The position numbers and the translations under genes are program-made. A stretch of DNA of 49,111 bases, filler included, from Catajapyx aquilonaris (taxonomy: Eukaryota), in assembly GCA_000934665.2 (NCBI GenBank). It is 3 parts of 3 records of this genome, joined end to end, with 100 filler letters (N's around TTAATTAATTAA, not from the genome) between each part and the next. Parts side by side here need not be neighbours in the genome. Positions count along the whole stretch, not along the records: positions 1 to 16,275 come from JYFJ02007241.1; positions 16,376 to 32,646 come from JYFJ02007242.1; positions 32,747 to 49,111 come from KZ539660.1. One strand, 5' to 3'. This document shows, piece by piece, positions 13,437 through 35,693 of this stretch (position 1 is the stretch's first letter; every line of letters starts with the position of its first letter). Below the pieces are notes generated by a model. It saw only the letters and a list, made by a program, of their open reading frames with translations, searched no databases and was not told the origin of the DNA.

Positions 13437-14160
13437 ACCTTCAAAACACTAAAGGAAAAACTCATGTCTGCGCCAATTTTGGCATATCCAGAATTCTCCT
13501 TGCCTTTCACGGTCTACAGCACGGACACCAGAACAGGACCAGAACATTGGATGCTCAGATACGCATCTGCAGATGACACCTCTCTGTACGCGACACCGAC
13601 GACATGGGATGTCAGAGAGATCCAATGGAACCTTGAAGCAATTGTTACCAGCCCAAGTGGCAAAGCACCCGAATGGCTGGGACTCTCTTCTCCCTTTTCT
13701 GTTTTTTACCTCTAGGAACAACAATGTGCATTCCTCAACTAAGATGACACCTCAACCATTTGGACGTGAGGCGTGATAGCCGGTCACATATAGGACATGG
13801 TGAGGATATTCCCGCATATGTTTCGCGGATTTCCAAACATGTCCAAGAGATGTACTCCAAGGCTAGGGCACATCTCCAAGCAGCCAGAGAAAAGCAGGAA
13901 CGAATGTACGATAAAAAGCTGGCAGGAAAACCATACCAGCAGGAGGGAGATTGGTATGGAAACGAAAAGGGGTACGGAAGAACCAGCTGGAGCCCTGGTG
14001 GTTTGGTCCTTTCGTGGTCGTTAAGATGCATTGAGCAGAAAATAGCTCTATGCGATGGAAGCCAACTGGGTGTGAGACATGTATATAAACTTCTGTCAAA
14101 ACGCTCGGCGGGTTTGTCCAAGATTGTCAATAAAATGTTCCACAGGGAACGATGAATATG
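13437..14160 (+). mobile_element. Heavily deleted Ty3/gypsy LTR-retrotransposon pol remnant
   Basis: Fragments in different frames: SAPILAYPEFSLPFTVYSTD (RT-RNase H junction), ERSNGTLKQLL...WDSLLPFLFF...VHSSTKMTP..FGRE (integrase core) and ARAHLQAAREKQERMYDKK (integrase C-terminal part). No LTRs recognised. Confidence 0.85.
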
Positions 14161-14368
14161 GGGGACACTGAAGGTTAATCAATACACTCACTAAGCTGTG
14201 CTTTGGGTTCGTTTATATTTTACAGACGACTATGCCAACATGAGTTGGTTGCATAAGTAGGATGCCTAATAGCAAACTAATGATTCAAATTAAATTTCAG
14301 CAAATCTCCAAGTCGGACAATTATTTACATTTGACATTTTTAAATACCCACCAGCGGAATTGATTCCA

Positions 14369-15757
14369 TTATTTTGCTTGAGTGCTGTTCAATTTTCCTG
14401 GCTCTGAATTCTTGAACTGAGCCAAGATGATGAGATAAGACGTGGCCGCTGCTCCAATCTGATCATAACAAAAAGTCATGAACTATAGATTCGCCTCCGA
14501 TTATAAGTGGGTATTATGTACTTACTGATGTTAATAAACCACGACTGATGGCGAAGAAGTTTGCTGCTGTGACCTGAACAGGAGGACCATTCATCTGCTG
14601 GATCAGACCTTTGACCTAAAATGACCGGAAAATCTAGTGGGCTATCATCTGCAGTGAATTTGTCCTTTGCCTACCTGTTCTTGGCAGTCTGCGAACTTCT
14701 CGAGTGTGCGTACTCTGATAAGGTCATGAAGTGACAATGCTGCCTGCAATTGCCATGGTTAATTATATACACATCGTTGCAGTACCAAAATACTTACGTT
14801 TCTGGGAATGGAATCTAGAACCATGGTGAGACACACGATTGATGCAGTGTCACATGTCAAGTGAATCACACTGACAACACTTGACAACACAATTTTCTCT
14901 CCAAACCCGGCCCACATGATGAAGAAAACGTGGGTAGTAAACACGGCCAGGAAATTCATGTAATAAATAAACAAAGCCATTCCATACACTTGGGTCAAAT
15001 TTCCAACCAAATCATACATGCATCGCAGCTTCTCTGATAAATCTAGGAGAACTAGCTTGGAATGAATTTTCTTCCTCGTTTCGGAGCACAGGTCTTCGCA
15101 TGTGCTGCTAATATGCACGTGGATTTCTTTCAGATATTCGCCAATGACCATTGACAGAAAAGCGACCTGCGTTGGGATAACGTAGGCTTGCAACGCGCTA
15201 TGGCAGTTGAAAAATATGTAAAAAATGGCTGCGGCATCAAATCCCTTCCCGCACACGTATGCGTCAATGACAGGATAAATACCGCTGATAATTGTCAAAA
15301 ACAAGCAGACTACCGTCATAAATCTGGAGTACGCGCGTATCTTGGACTGAATCGGTGGCAGCTCAATGTTGGCCATTTCATCAATTATGTGACACAAGGT
15401 TTTGATTTTGGTTTGGGCGAGGATGAACGCGATCCAAGGAGTCGTGGTAAGAAGTATCTCAACAGCGATGTTTGCTGCTTCCTCAGTGGGTCCCATCGCC
15501 CAACTGTCCTTATCCGAACTTGGAAATATGCTTAAGGCAACAATGTAACCCACCAATAAGACCACATGGATCAAACAAGGTCAACGTCTGCTCCATTTCA
15601 CAGCTTCGAAGCACTTCTTCTGAGGCAAAGGCAACGGCAAGTGTCCGGCAAAAGTACTCAAATTTTTAATGGGGCCAAATGAGACCCAAAATGCGTTTGG
15701 TCTTTCTTGAACGCAAGATTCACTTCGAAGAAATGTGACTGCTGGTCGAGGCCTCAT
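14369..15757 (-). pseudogene. Gustatory receptor GR-D with one premature TGA (codon 59, 15583-15581); exons 15757-14798, 14743-14675, 14615-14526, 14458-14369
   Basis: ORFs 15581..15778 and 14759..15574 are in the same frame, separated only by TGA. Exons 1-3 (960/69/90 nt) match GR-A in length, all splice sites are GT-AG, and the last exon has TSYLIILAQF. Confidence 0.85.
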
Positions 15758-16275
15758 TTTGCGCCACTTCTTGTTCACAACCCGACTGTACTGAAAGTGA
15801 CTATCACTGGAACTAAACTAACACTAGTGGAAATAGCATAATATATCCCCACCCAGATTGGGACATGTTTGCTGGGTAATGTTTCATGATGTGAGACAAA
15901 GACAATAGTGTCAGATTGTCGATAGTGTCTCATGCAGTAAACGCCCGTCGCTGGTCACGCAATTCTTGACACACTATACATATGCTTTTACCATCTATTT
16001 TTGTTAAAGTACATCTTAATCAAACATTCTCGAAATGTCATGCCCATATTGGCAGCTTTCAATTAATTATTCACCTAACCGTTTGCTGCATCACAGAAGG
16101 TGGGAGTATTTATTGCGCTACATCCATCACTTACGCCAGCAGTATTGACAATCTTCGTTCTGCCCTCAAGAATCTTCCGCATAAATTTAATTTATTAATA
16201 TGAGAACATGGAAAGTTTTCTAAAGTTCGTCAAGCACATTGGTGTCATATGCACCCAACATGGTGAAGGGTAGAT

Positions 16276-16375
16276 NNNNNNNNNNNNNNNNNNNNNNNNN
16301 NNNNNNNNNNNNNNNNNNNTTAATTAATTAANNNNNNNNNNNNNNNNNNNNNNNNNNNNNNNNNNNNNNNNNNNN
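16276..16375. other. Artificial contig-joining linker
   Basis: Exactly 44 N + TTAATTAATTAA (stops in all six frames) + 44 N. Confidence 0.95.
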
Positions 16376-17655
16376 GTTGTTAAGAAACTCGGTGCAATAT
16401 TGCCCCCTCATTGCTCTCATTCCAATTTGGATTGTACTGTATACAGTACAGTACAGCTTCAAGTGACTGTCGCGTGTATATACAGTCACATGAAGTCGAA
16501 ATTAGCCTCATAGAGATGGAGGATCGTTTCTCTTGGAGGCTAATTTCAGCTTCAGGTATAGTGTTTCTGAAGACAGATTGACCGAAATCACACCCCCATA
16601 CCCCCATGTCATGCAATGTCACTCACAACCCTCTCAAAAAAAAATTCTTGCACGAATTCTAGGTGTCGTAAGGAAGTGGAGCAGAAATAGCTTGAAATCT
16701 AGGGCATTTCGGGGCCAATTGCACACCTCTAGGTAACATAACGTGCGGTGAAGTAAAGCAAAACGTGGGGATGATGTTATATACACATTAAAAGTACAGA
16801 TGGCGGGGGTGAAAAGGGGTGTGACCCTTGGGAACCTCCGCCTTTCCACGCCTCCGCAACTGCAAGGAACGTTCTCACGACCTTGCTAAACCAGATCGGA
16901 ATTGTTCTCTTACCATTTTTTTTTTTCACAGACATTACAATCTCAGCAGTTACTTCTAACCCCTCGATACATAAGCATTGTTACAGGTAGCGGACCAGAA
17001 CCAATCCGGTTTTTGAAAATATATATATATTTTTTCTATCCAATGATAATCTTTTGTTTCTCTAATTCGTCTGTTTTGGGGTTAATCTGAATCCATGTGT
17101 AAAGATTCGTCCGATACCCCCCTTTTGTTTCCTATAGGAAAACTAGGAATCAATTTCTAAGGGGAGATCAGGATGTTAATTCTCGCCCTTCTAATCGAAA
17201 CTGATACCAATCTTCATTGCTCCATAGAAAAGCTACTCGTTTACCGGTTGGTGAAGGGGTTAATCATACGGGTGCATTCCCCTCCTTATTCGTATTCTCT
17301 ACCACCCCCCATTTTGTTTTATATTTTGCGGAACTGACGAGTTTTCTCCAGCGCAAATTGGCCGTAAAAACCTAAACAAAACGGATCGGTGACCTCTCCT
17401 GCCAGGTACTTGTGACGTCACCAGGCCACAGGGATATGTGGAAAGATAAACAAAAGTGTGGTTTTTACGAATCCGTTTCTAACCGGATACCTGGTGGCTA
17501 GCAAGTGGACATCGTATCTTTAGGCGAAAAAAAATAATTTGTAACTGACCCTACTGGTTACACATGATCTCGTTTACGGTACAGGCCACTTGCGGTAGTT
17601 AAGCCAACAAGGCTGATGTTCATCATTTTGCGACACCGGAAATCTCAACATGCTA

Positions 17656-27465
<9,810 letters not shown>

Positions 27466-30400
27466 GGTGTGATGCTTGCTGGTATATGGTGTGGTTCTTC
27501 AGCGACTTGAGGACGCGTCTGAGGCAACGGCCATGCTCCAGAGGCGGTCGAGGCCCTACTGAAAGTGCTTGCCCACCGATGCCTCTCACCTGCTCTGGGT
27601 TGGTTGCTGGCCGGTGCACCGCCCCACGTGCTCCCACACGCGTTGCCAACTCACCTTGCTGCTCTTATGGCCTCTTGCTTGCTGCTCGCCCATTCCACCG
27701 TACAAGTCTCTCATTGGATGGTTCGTATATCCAGACAGGGGGGTGGTTGTCTAGAAGTGGGAGGTAGAGGGGGGTCCAATTTGAGGATGTGTGGAATTTT
27801 GCACTGAAAACATGTGGCAGACCACAGCTCAATATATTACCCCTGGGGTCCGATATGTCAGGGTGCCCAATAGAAATTCTGCACAAAATCAGAGTTTCCA
27901 TAATAGTAATTTGCTTGTTACTATCTCGAAGAAGATTCCGTGTGGTATATTGTAGGCATATATGTATAATATACATTTTTGGCCTGTATATTGTATATTA
28001 CTTGCATAATGTTTAAATTTTCCAAAAGTTTGAATTTTATAGTTCCAAGAAAAGTTGCTAAACAGTAGAGTAGCAGAATACAAGAGGCCGAAGGGCAATA
28101 GGCCACCACTTTTATTGAATCCACGTGGGACGTACCAGTATCGACGGCAGGGGTACTGCTCTGCGGGGTGCTTTAAGGCTAATTGTCACATCTGGACCTT
28201 TCCCTCTTCCAAAGAGACCCCGACACGCTGTTCCAATTCATACTTCCACGAAAAGCAGACCGTACTGTACCGTTTGCTACCCCCTATTGTGAACGTTTAT
28301 AGACAGGAAGTCAAGAACTTAGACCTCATCAAGCCTATGCTTTTCCTCCGAGTCTTCCTCACCACTCCAATAACGCTCTTTCTAAATGACAATACTGTGT
28401 TTGTGTATTGGATTGAAATGTGGAGGAATCATGGCATGTACCATAACTAAAATTAAGGCTACCTCAAATAACTATTTCTAACATAACTGGTGCTGGTGTA
28501 TCAAGGTGAAGGTGCTACCAGACTCAAAGTAAACAGGTTGATCTTACTTCTTGTAACAGCTGCACCTTTGCATTACCAGCCAAGCGCGGAAAATAACCAA
28601 GAAATTGTCCATATGCTCCATAATTTCCAAGAAATGTTAACGGTAAGCACGATAAGATCTGCTCTGCCTCAAGGTAATATACATGCCTAATATTTCGCAA
28701 ACAACCCACACTTTTCCACAAAACCTGAATTCTATTAGGTGTCAAGTCATTTCCGTCACATCAACAAAACAAAGAGCCCCATCACTTCATTTCAGATCAC
28801 CATGTTTACAAGTGTGCTGTGCTCATTTGTTCCTACTGCATATTGGATTATAGCCGGTATTAATTTTCTGTAGGCGTAATTATGGACACTGTCTGAAAAC
28901 AACAACGCATGATTGGAATTTCTAACAATATATTCGGACCCAATAGGAAGCTTCAGGGTCAAAAATATCGGCGCAGCAGATCATATATGACAGCATTATG
29001 ACTCAAAAACTTGCTTTCTGATGCCCTTGGAGGCATCCGGACGGCAATTTAACAAATGAAGAATGTGCACACATCATAATATATTATGGGCGACATGCAA
29101 GCACAGGGTGTCACACAATTCTTATCAAAAATAACCAAACAATTTTGTTCAATTATTTAAATATGCCATTCGTTGGAGTTGAGTAACATTGTAACTAATT
29201 GTTAGATATGATCAAGTCTCATGCCATTATTGAAGTCTCTATTTCTTTTCAATCCTCATAACCTGATAACCAAAGTGAACCATCATGGCAGTGACACACG
29301 CCAATAACCCATGAGCCATAAGAATGTTGATCCTATCATTTCCCTTGCATTCCTCCTCGATTTCGTGCCGCCAGAAAACATCGTGGGTCCCAAAATCCGA
29401 TCAACGCCCCCATAGGACCTTACGTCGACCCAATCCCGACTATATTTTTTTCTTTTCAAAAAACTATGAACCGCGTCTTTAAAAAAAAAAAAAAATCCCA
29501 AAAGAGAAAGAGGAAAATGATAAGAATAAGCCTGCTGGCAGCTGGCGGCTACAACCGCTCTCCTAATGATAATCATCGCTCTTTTTTTATTTTTCGAAAA
29601 AAAAAAAAGATGTGGCCTCAGGACCTGCTATTATATCCGCCGCAAAACCCGGAAAAATATGGAATATGCGTGACCCCCAGTCATTTTCGCTGCTGAAAAG
29701 TCTCTATGCGCAATTGCGTCAAGGTGAGCAGTGCATGTCATGTACTAATCAGTAATTTTTTTTCTTCATATTAAGTACAGGTGGATTAGATATGGCAACA
29801 TGTTGTCGAGGACAAACCGCCTTGGGCAGACCAACAAGTCTGGCCGCGCCTTTTCCACCTTCTAGAAACCAATAGGGAAGCCCACCTGGAATCGTCTCGC
29901 ACCAATCCAGACCCAGCCTCCGCCCTTGCATTATCATCAACGTAAGACCGGTAGAACTCCAGGCTAACTAACCATTCTCACCTGCCAGGCTTTGCAGGGT
30001 TCTAAATTAAATATGGCCATAACCACACACCAAAACACCCCAAAACCTGGTTATAACCCAGCCCTAATTGTACCAACAAGTACTGTACCTGCACTGTACA
30101 AACACAACAATACAAAACGTGCCACCAAATTAAACCCCGCTAAAAAATTCCNCCCCCCCCCAATTTTTTTATATGGTTCTCCGGTAGCCGAAAGGTAGGT
30201 CTGCTTTTGAGACATGAGGCGCATGTAGAAGATGCCTCCGATTTGGGCATTTTCAAGAAGGGTGGTAGGGGGTAGAACCGGGGCTAATTAACCCCCTCTA
30301 CAACCCTGGCATTGCCTACCGAAATGCTGGTGTAAAAAGTGGTCCTCCAAGAATGGGTGATGCCTGAGGATCTTCATCATCCGCATGCACCGCGGCTTTT

Positions 30401-30850
30401 AAAGACCTGAAACAATGCCACTCTGTAGGTGCTGCAAGGTCACCCACGCAGGGGTTTATGACATGGCCGGTCATGTAAAGCAGGAGGGCATGTCGAAACC
30501 TAAAGGGACCATCCTGATCCGGTCATTGCTGTTTTTGTGGTGGTGGACCAGCTTAGGGTGGATCTGGACGACTAGGACTTGTTTATGAAAATGTGGTGGC
30601 TGAAGTATGGTTACTGCAATATGGCTGAAAGAATGTGGGAGTCGATGGTAGATACACAGGGTGCTACAGAAAGTGCCATTGAAATATAGCCATGCGAGGA
30701 TGATAATCGGGGAACAATAGTGACGCGTAGTGGTGACGCGTTTGACTGTCATTCCACCTTACGTAAATTGATGTACAGTAGCAAAAAGTTGCGAATTTAC
30801 TTGTGTCAGCAATACCTGCCTCTCTCATAAGTTTACAAGTGGTTATACTG

Positions 30851-31408
30851 TCTATATAAGCGATTACAAGGGCATCAACTGGTCAGATTACCTACTTCGT
30901 AGAGTATATCCTTCGATATACGGTAGGGTACTTACAGAGTCTCCGCCAGCCCGAAATTTGGCGCTGGTGTCGCTTACAGGGGCGCACTCGGGCTGTTGGC
31001 AGCCTAATCTGCCCCAGTGAGCGACACCAGCGCCATATCCGAGATGACGGAGACTCTGTACGTACACTACCGTTACTATAATGCTATAGGGTGGGAGTTG
31101 CATTAATTCATTGTTTAGCAAGGATAAATGGTGCAGATATAACATTCCGACTTTTTATCCTATACATTTCACAAAGTATGTCCCCTTGTTCCCGATGCAA
31201 ATCAATACGGAGGCCTCGACGTATGCCCCAGGGTGATCATTAGGGGTAGTTTTTAACTGGGAAGGTTTTTAGCACATTTGGACTTGACTTGGTCATCCTT
31301 AGCCTCAGGAGGCGAAAGAGCAGAAAATCAGGAACCACGAATGTAGCATCGATACATCGATTCATTCAAAGTGTTTCATAACCCCAGCAACACCGGGTAT
31401 CCTGCTAG
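30851..31408 (+). mobile_element. Putative non-autonomous Helitron-like element
   Basis: 5' TCTATATA at 30851. The 3' end CCCAGCAACACCGGGTATCCTGCTAG|T has a GC hairpin followed by CTAG. The 5' flanking base is G rather than the usual A. Confidence 0.45.
30935..31058. mobile_element. Hairpin MITE with TA target duplication
   Basis: TA|CAGAGTCTCCG...TGGCGCTGGTGTCGCT ... AGCGACACCAGCGCCA...CGGAGACTCTG|TA. Confidence 0.8.
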
Positions 31409-32646
31409 TATGATCTATACTAACGACATGCCTTCACATATTAACCTGAAAATAGTGCTCATGATCTAACTTCATGTCCATAAATCAGTCTCCTTGGTCT
31501 GTCTTCACCAAATAAATGAGAGCCGGCTGTCAATCAGACCCTATTAGATAGATACGTTTCCCGTTGAGAAACTTGTTAACCAGTGACAGCCGGCTTCAGG
31601 ACATCCCCTAGCTTTTTCCTCCCCTGCTGACTTCTACTGGAGGGAAAGCCATAAATTTCCCCATAAGTTAATTAAGCCTGCTTCCAAACCCCAACCTCGT
31701 TATCCGCCGATATATTGGCGGTGAGTGTAGAACAAGATGGACCATTACGTTTCTCACACCTTACCAATCAGTCAATCTACATATAGGGTACAGACAAACT
31801 TATGGGAACCACAAGCCTATATAGCTGGTGATTTCCCATAGTTGGTCTTCTCCCATGTCCCTCAAGGCCCGGGTTATCCACCACGTGACAATTCCCATAC
31901 TCACGCGTGTGAATATCGCAACCTTGTGATACCAACAGCCAGAAATATTCCCACATTTCACCTTGCAGCTTTTTAATTAAAGGCGGCCATTTGCCGCCTA
32001 TGTACTACCATTGACGCCAAATGGTTACCTAACCATCTAGTGCATCACACACGTGGTTTCACATGCATACTTGGCAGCTAAGGGTTAAGAGGGTGGATCT
32101 CATGCTCTTTCGGGCACGTCATCGCCACGACCAGATCTAGATGGAAAGATAGTCTCTATATAGAGGGGGGGCGAGAGAGAGAGACCAGGGCAGCCAACCA
32201 TAACTGGCTGCCACAATAGGTGCCGGGATTTTTCCCAACCTGTTTGTCGGTGCAATTCATTTGCTCTGGCCACAAATCACAAGTCGGCCAGCAACCGCAT
32301 CAACCGCTTCCATTACGGCCTCCTGTTCCCTTCTTCGGGCCATTTTTTTTTACTGGTTCCAGGGTTGGAGCCCTTGGTTCGCCCCTTAGATATGGTTCAG
32401 TTGCGGGTGAAAAATTGGCGATTTAATTATGGACGATGGAAACGTCGGATTCGGTGAAATTATTTTTTTGAGCAGTTTATACGAGTGGATTTTTCACTCT
32501 TTATTTACTTGATACACCACAGTTCTTTTCGTGTTCAATCTTTTCATTTGTAAATTCAATCAATCTGTTCTAATTTAAGTGTAATCCACATTCCACACTA
32601 TGTGTTGAATAATTTGGATTATATCATACACACGATTTGAATTGTT

Positions 32647-32746
32647 NNNNNNNNNNNNNNNNNNNNNNNNNNNNNNNNNNNNNNNNNNNNTTAATTAATT
32701 AANNNNNNNNNNNNNNNNNNNNNNNNNNNNNNNNNNNNNNNNNNNN
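32647..32746. other. Artificial contig-joining linker
   Basis: 44 N + TTAATTAATTAA + 44 N, identical to 16276-16375. Confidence 0.95.
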
Positions 32747-32770
32747 CAGTCAAATACACAATTGACCCTA

Positions 32771-33279
32771 AAGACCCATTTCCAAAGAAGCTTCAGGTTG
32801 AAAAAGTGAGCTCTGGAGCTCACTTCAGCCAGAGCTTTGCAGCCAGCTCCCCTCAGACAAGATCACTACAGAGTGGAGGAGATTTCTCCTCAGGCTAAAG
32901 GTCACTCTTTTGAGGTTGCTAATCAGTTTGTCTCTCCTCGCTGCCTCCCCCTGCATCAGCAGGGCCCTATGCCCGAGCAGCTCCTTCCGTGACCTGCATC
33001 CAGTAATCTTTTTTTCTCCTCTCTCCTTCTTCACTATGCCCCAGCCTCCCCACCCCCAGCCATCTCCCCACCAAGATGGTCCCACGTGACCACAGGGAGC
33101 CGCGCGGATTGGTCAGAATGAAGCTCCAGCTCCATCGCGAGGTTGGAATATCGATGGAAGTGTAATGTTGAAGCAATCTGCTTGAATATCAATCCAACGC
33201 TAGAAACGCGTGGCAACTGGAGCTAAAGTGAGCACAGAGCTCGCTTTTTCAAGCTGAAGCTTCTTTGGAAATGGGCCTT
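32771..33279. mobile_element. MITE with ~60-bp TIRs
   Basis: AAGACCCATTTCCAAAGAAGCTTCAGGTTGAAAAAGTGAGCTCTG... versus ...CAGAGCTCGCTTTTTCAAGCTGAAGCTTCTTTGGAAATGGGCCTT, with TA on both flanks. Confidence 0.85.
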
Positions 33280-34025
33280 TAAGGTCTGTTACCACTACAA
33301 CAAAATACAACAACACATCAAATTACTGTGAAAGAGTTTAAAAACATATTCAAAGTAAGGCACAATTCACTATACATTTAGTGAAACATGAACTACTGGT
33401 ACTTCATATCATTGTCCTCAGGACAAAATGTACCTTCATGTTGGCCAGGTTTGATGTGTCTCATTTTGCAAGTGATTTCAAATTTCATTTATGATAAAAT
33501 TACAACACATCAAGTAGTAAATAAACCACATGGTGAAGTGCAGGTGAAACAAAAGAGTAAAAATATTCAGAAATTTCAGCCTGTATTCTCTGTTATGAAA
33601 ATTTTAAATTATCCTTATCTGGAATTGGTGCACAATTTGTGCTTACTTAAGTTCCATTTGATTAAAAATATTGTTCTGGCTAGAGAAATTTTCCCTAGAC
33701 TCAGCATTTTCTATTTTAAGAATGGTAATTAATTTTTCCAGAACCGCTGGAAACTAGTAATGCTCATGTGATAAAACACAACATTGAAAATTAGTGGTAA
33801 TTTGAAGCAATGTTTTCCTTATGACTGTAAATACCCAAAGGATGCATTGCAGGATCATTTTTCCTAACAATGTCCATGCATGAGCACATCTCATAAATGA
33901 TAAGTTCATGCATTACAGATATGTGTCACCTGCACTACTAGTGGAGTCGAAGCATTACTTGGAAGGCATTTGGAACACATCATATTTTCCAAGTAGCCAG
34001 CTTTGTAAAAGGCATAGGAACTTAA

Positions 34026-34846
34026 CCCTTATAAGACAGGCTTATCATATGCTGATATGGTGCCTTTAAAATATTCTGCTGGTGAAACTATAGCATTTTC
34101 CCACTATGTAAAGTGGTTTCTGTGTGGCTTTTTAAATATTCTCTCGTGTAAAAAATCGCGAGTTTTGGACTACAAAATCGTGCATAAATAAACCAGATTA
34201 ACCAGATTAACTTGAATGAAATCATCTTTTCGCGGCCGCTGAAAAAAATCCGACCTTGGCTGGCAAATTTTTGGCATACATAGTTGCCCCCAAACCTCCT
34301 CCAGAGATTCCACCCTAAAATTAGTGCAAAAGATAATTCAATAGTTTTAAAATAAATAAATAATGCTCGTAAATGCCAATTAGCAGCTGGCGGGCCACTG
34401 CGCAACTCCCGGCTGGCCTCCTTCAGAATGGAGGGGCGCATTTTGAACAGCTGTGGCGCCAGGGAGGTTTCCACTCGGGAGGGGGTGATGTTAATCACTG
34501 TAGCTCGCCTGCCTGTCCTGTGACGTAATTCATGCCATGTGCTTATGTACTGCTTTGTTCAGCAGTACCAAGGGTACATACCCATATACTTTTTGTCAAG
34601 CAGGCAGAGTGACAAAAAATTGGAGTAGGCGCGACACATACCCCCTGCACCAGTTTGTTGGGCTTTTAAGAATTTACAGCTCCGTATGATATGAGAGGAG
34701 GGTCACATAGATGGCCTCAGGATCAAGCCTGGACACTAGACGATCTTATTCACTAGTGTATTCAAGTCTCGTACCTCAAGTGACAAAGCAAGCGAATTTT
34801 TTGCAGATCCTTGCAACAATGCGAAAAACCACCCGTCTCATTAGGG
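34026..34846. mobile_element. piggyBac-type non-autonomous element
   Basis: TTAA|CCCTTATAAGACAGG ... CCCGTCTCATTAGGG|TTAA: imperfect TIRs starting CCCT, with a TTAA TSD. Confidence 0.6.
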
Positions 34847-34949
34847 TTAATGAAATTAGCAAACTGGGGGGTCAAAAACTGATCATGAGTTAGTGCCTGC
34901 AGCAAAAGAAAGTTCTCCCATTGCCAGATTGCATAATCAGGGGCAATGT

Positions 34950-35092
34950 ACTATCAGTCCACCAAGAATTGTCCCAGCGGCAGCGCACGAACTACAGTTA
35001 CGAGCACTTCCGGGGGGAGAAGTCAATGGAGAAGTGCTCGTAGACTGTAGTTCGTGCGCTGCCGCTGCGACAATTCTTGGTGGACTGATAGT
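34950..35092. mobile_element. Hairpin MITE (near-perfect ~62-bp arms)
   Basis: ACTATCAGTCCACCAAGAATTGTC.CAGCGGCAGCGCACGAACTACAGT..CGAGCACTTC is mirrored at 35030-35092. Confidence 0.88.
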
Positions 35093-35104
35093 TCAAAGAC
35101 AAGT

Positions 35105-35458
35105 ATGGGAGGCGGAGTGGTGCTGCGCTAACGTATGCGCCCACGGATGTTAAGGTCCCGGGTTCGATCCCAGCCCGGGGACACCCCCTTCATCTCGTGC
35201 AGAGTTCAGGGTCACCTCTGGCTTCGTCTCGGGTGGTATTTCCACAGACTAAACCACCCGGGGGAGTTCACTAAAAATGGCCACGTTTAAGACATTGCAC
35301 TGCACCTTGTACATCCCCTTCTGTCATCCTGCCCGTGGGCCCGGGCGCTACGTATAAAGGCTCCAAATGTACTTGACATAATAAATAAAGGTCCGTGCTG
35401 CATACCTCAGATGAGGTCAAGCACTACCCCGGATTATTATATTATTATTATATTATTA
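35105..35458 (+). mobile_element. tRNA-derived SINE, family B, full length
   Basis: B-box GGTTCGATCCC, (ATT)n tail, 11-bp TSD CAAAGACAAGT (35094-35104 / 35459-35469). A close copy lies at 43116-43441 on the minus strand. Confidence 0.9.
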
Positions 35459-35693
35459 CAAAGACAAGTCAGTTATATACCTCAAAATTTTTGTATGGCC
35501 AGAAGAAATTAACATCCAAGGGCTGCACCAAGGGCTGCACCAACCGGTGCACTTGAGTGGCACAAGGCACAATCATTGAATGTTAACATCTGGTGGAATC
35601 CCTGCTTTCTTTATACTATCCAACTTTTATAAGAGGTGCTCTTTGTACAGACATGTTTTGATTTGAAAACATTGTCACAGTCATAAGCACTAA

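Noticed and set aside
27640..27730. CCAAT, TATA-like and Inr-like words upstream of the Prdm-like ATG
   Set aside because: Spacing is non-canonical and the motifs are too short to call a promoter.
28055..30400. Possible LINE RT/RNase H scraps (~28130-28450, ~29790-30060, ~30200-30330)
   Set aside because: Too degenerate; no diagnostic motif could be read with confidence.
35390..35435. CAGATGAGG in the SINE B tail as a possible hammerhead ribozyme core
   Set aside because: The core is CAGATGA rather than CTGATGA, and there is no GAAA partner or stem set.
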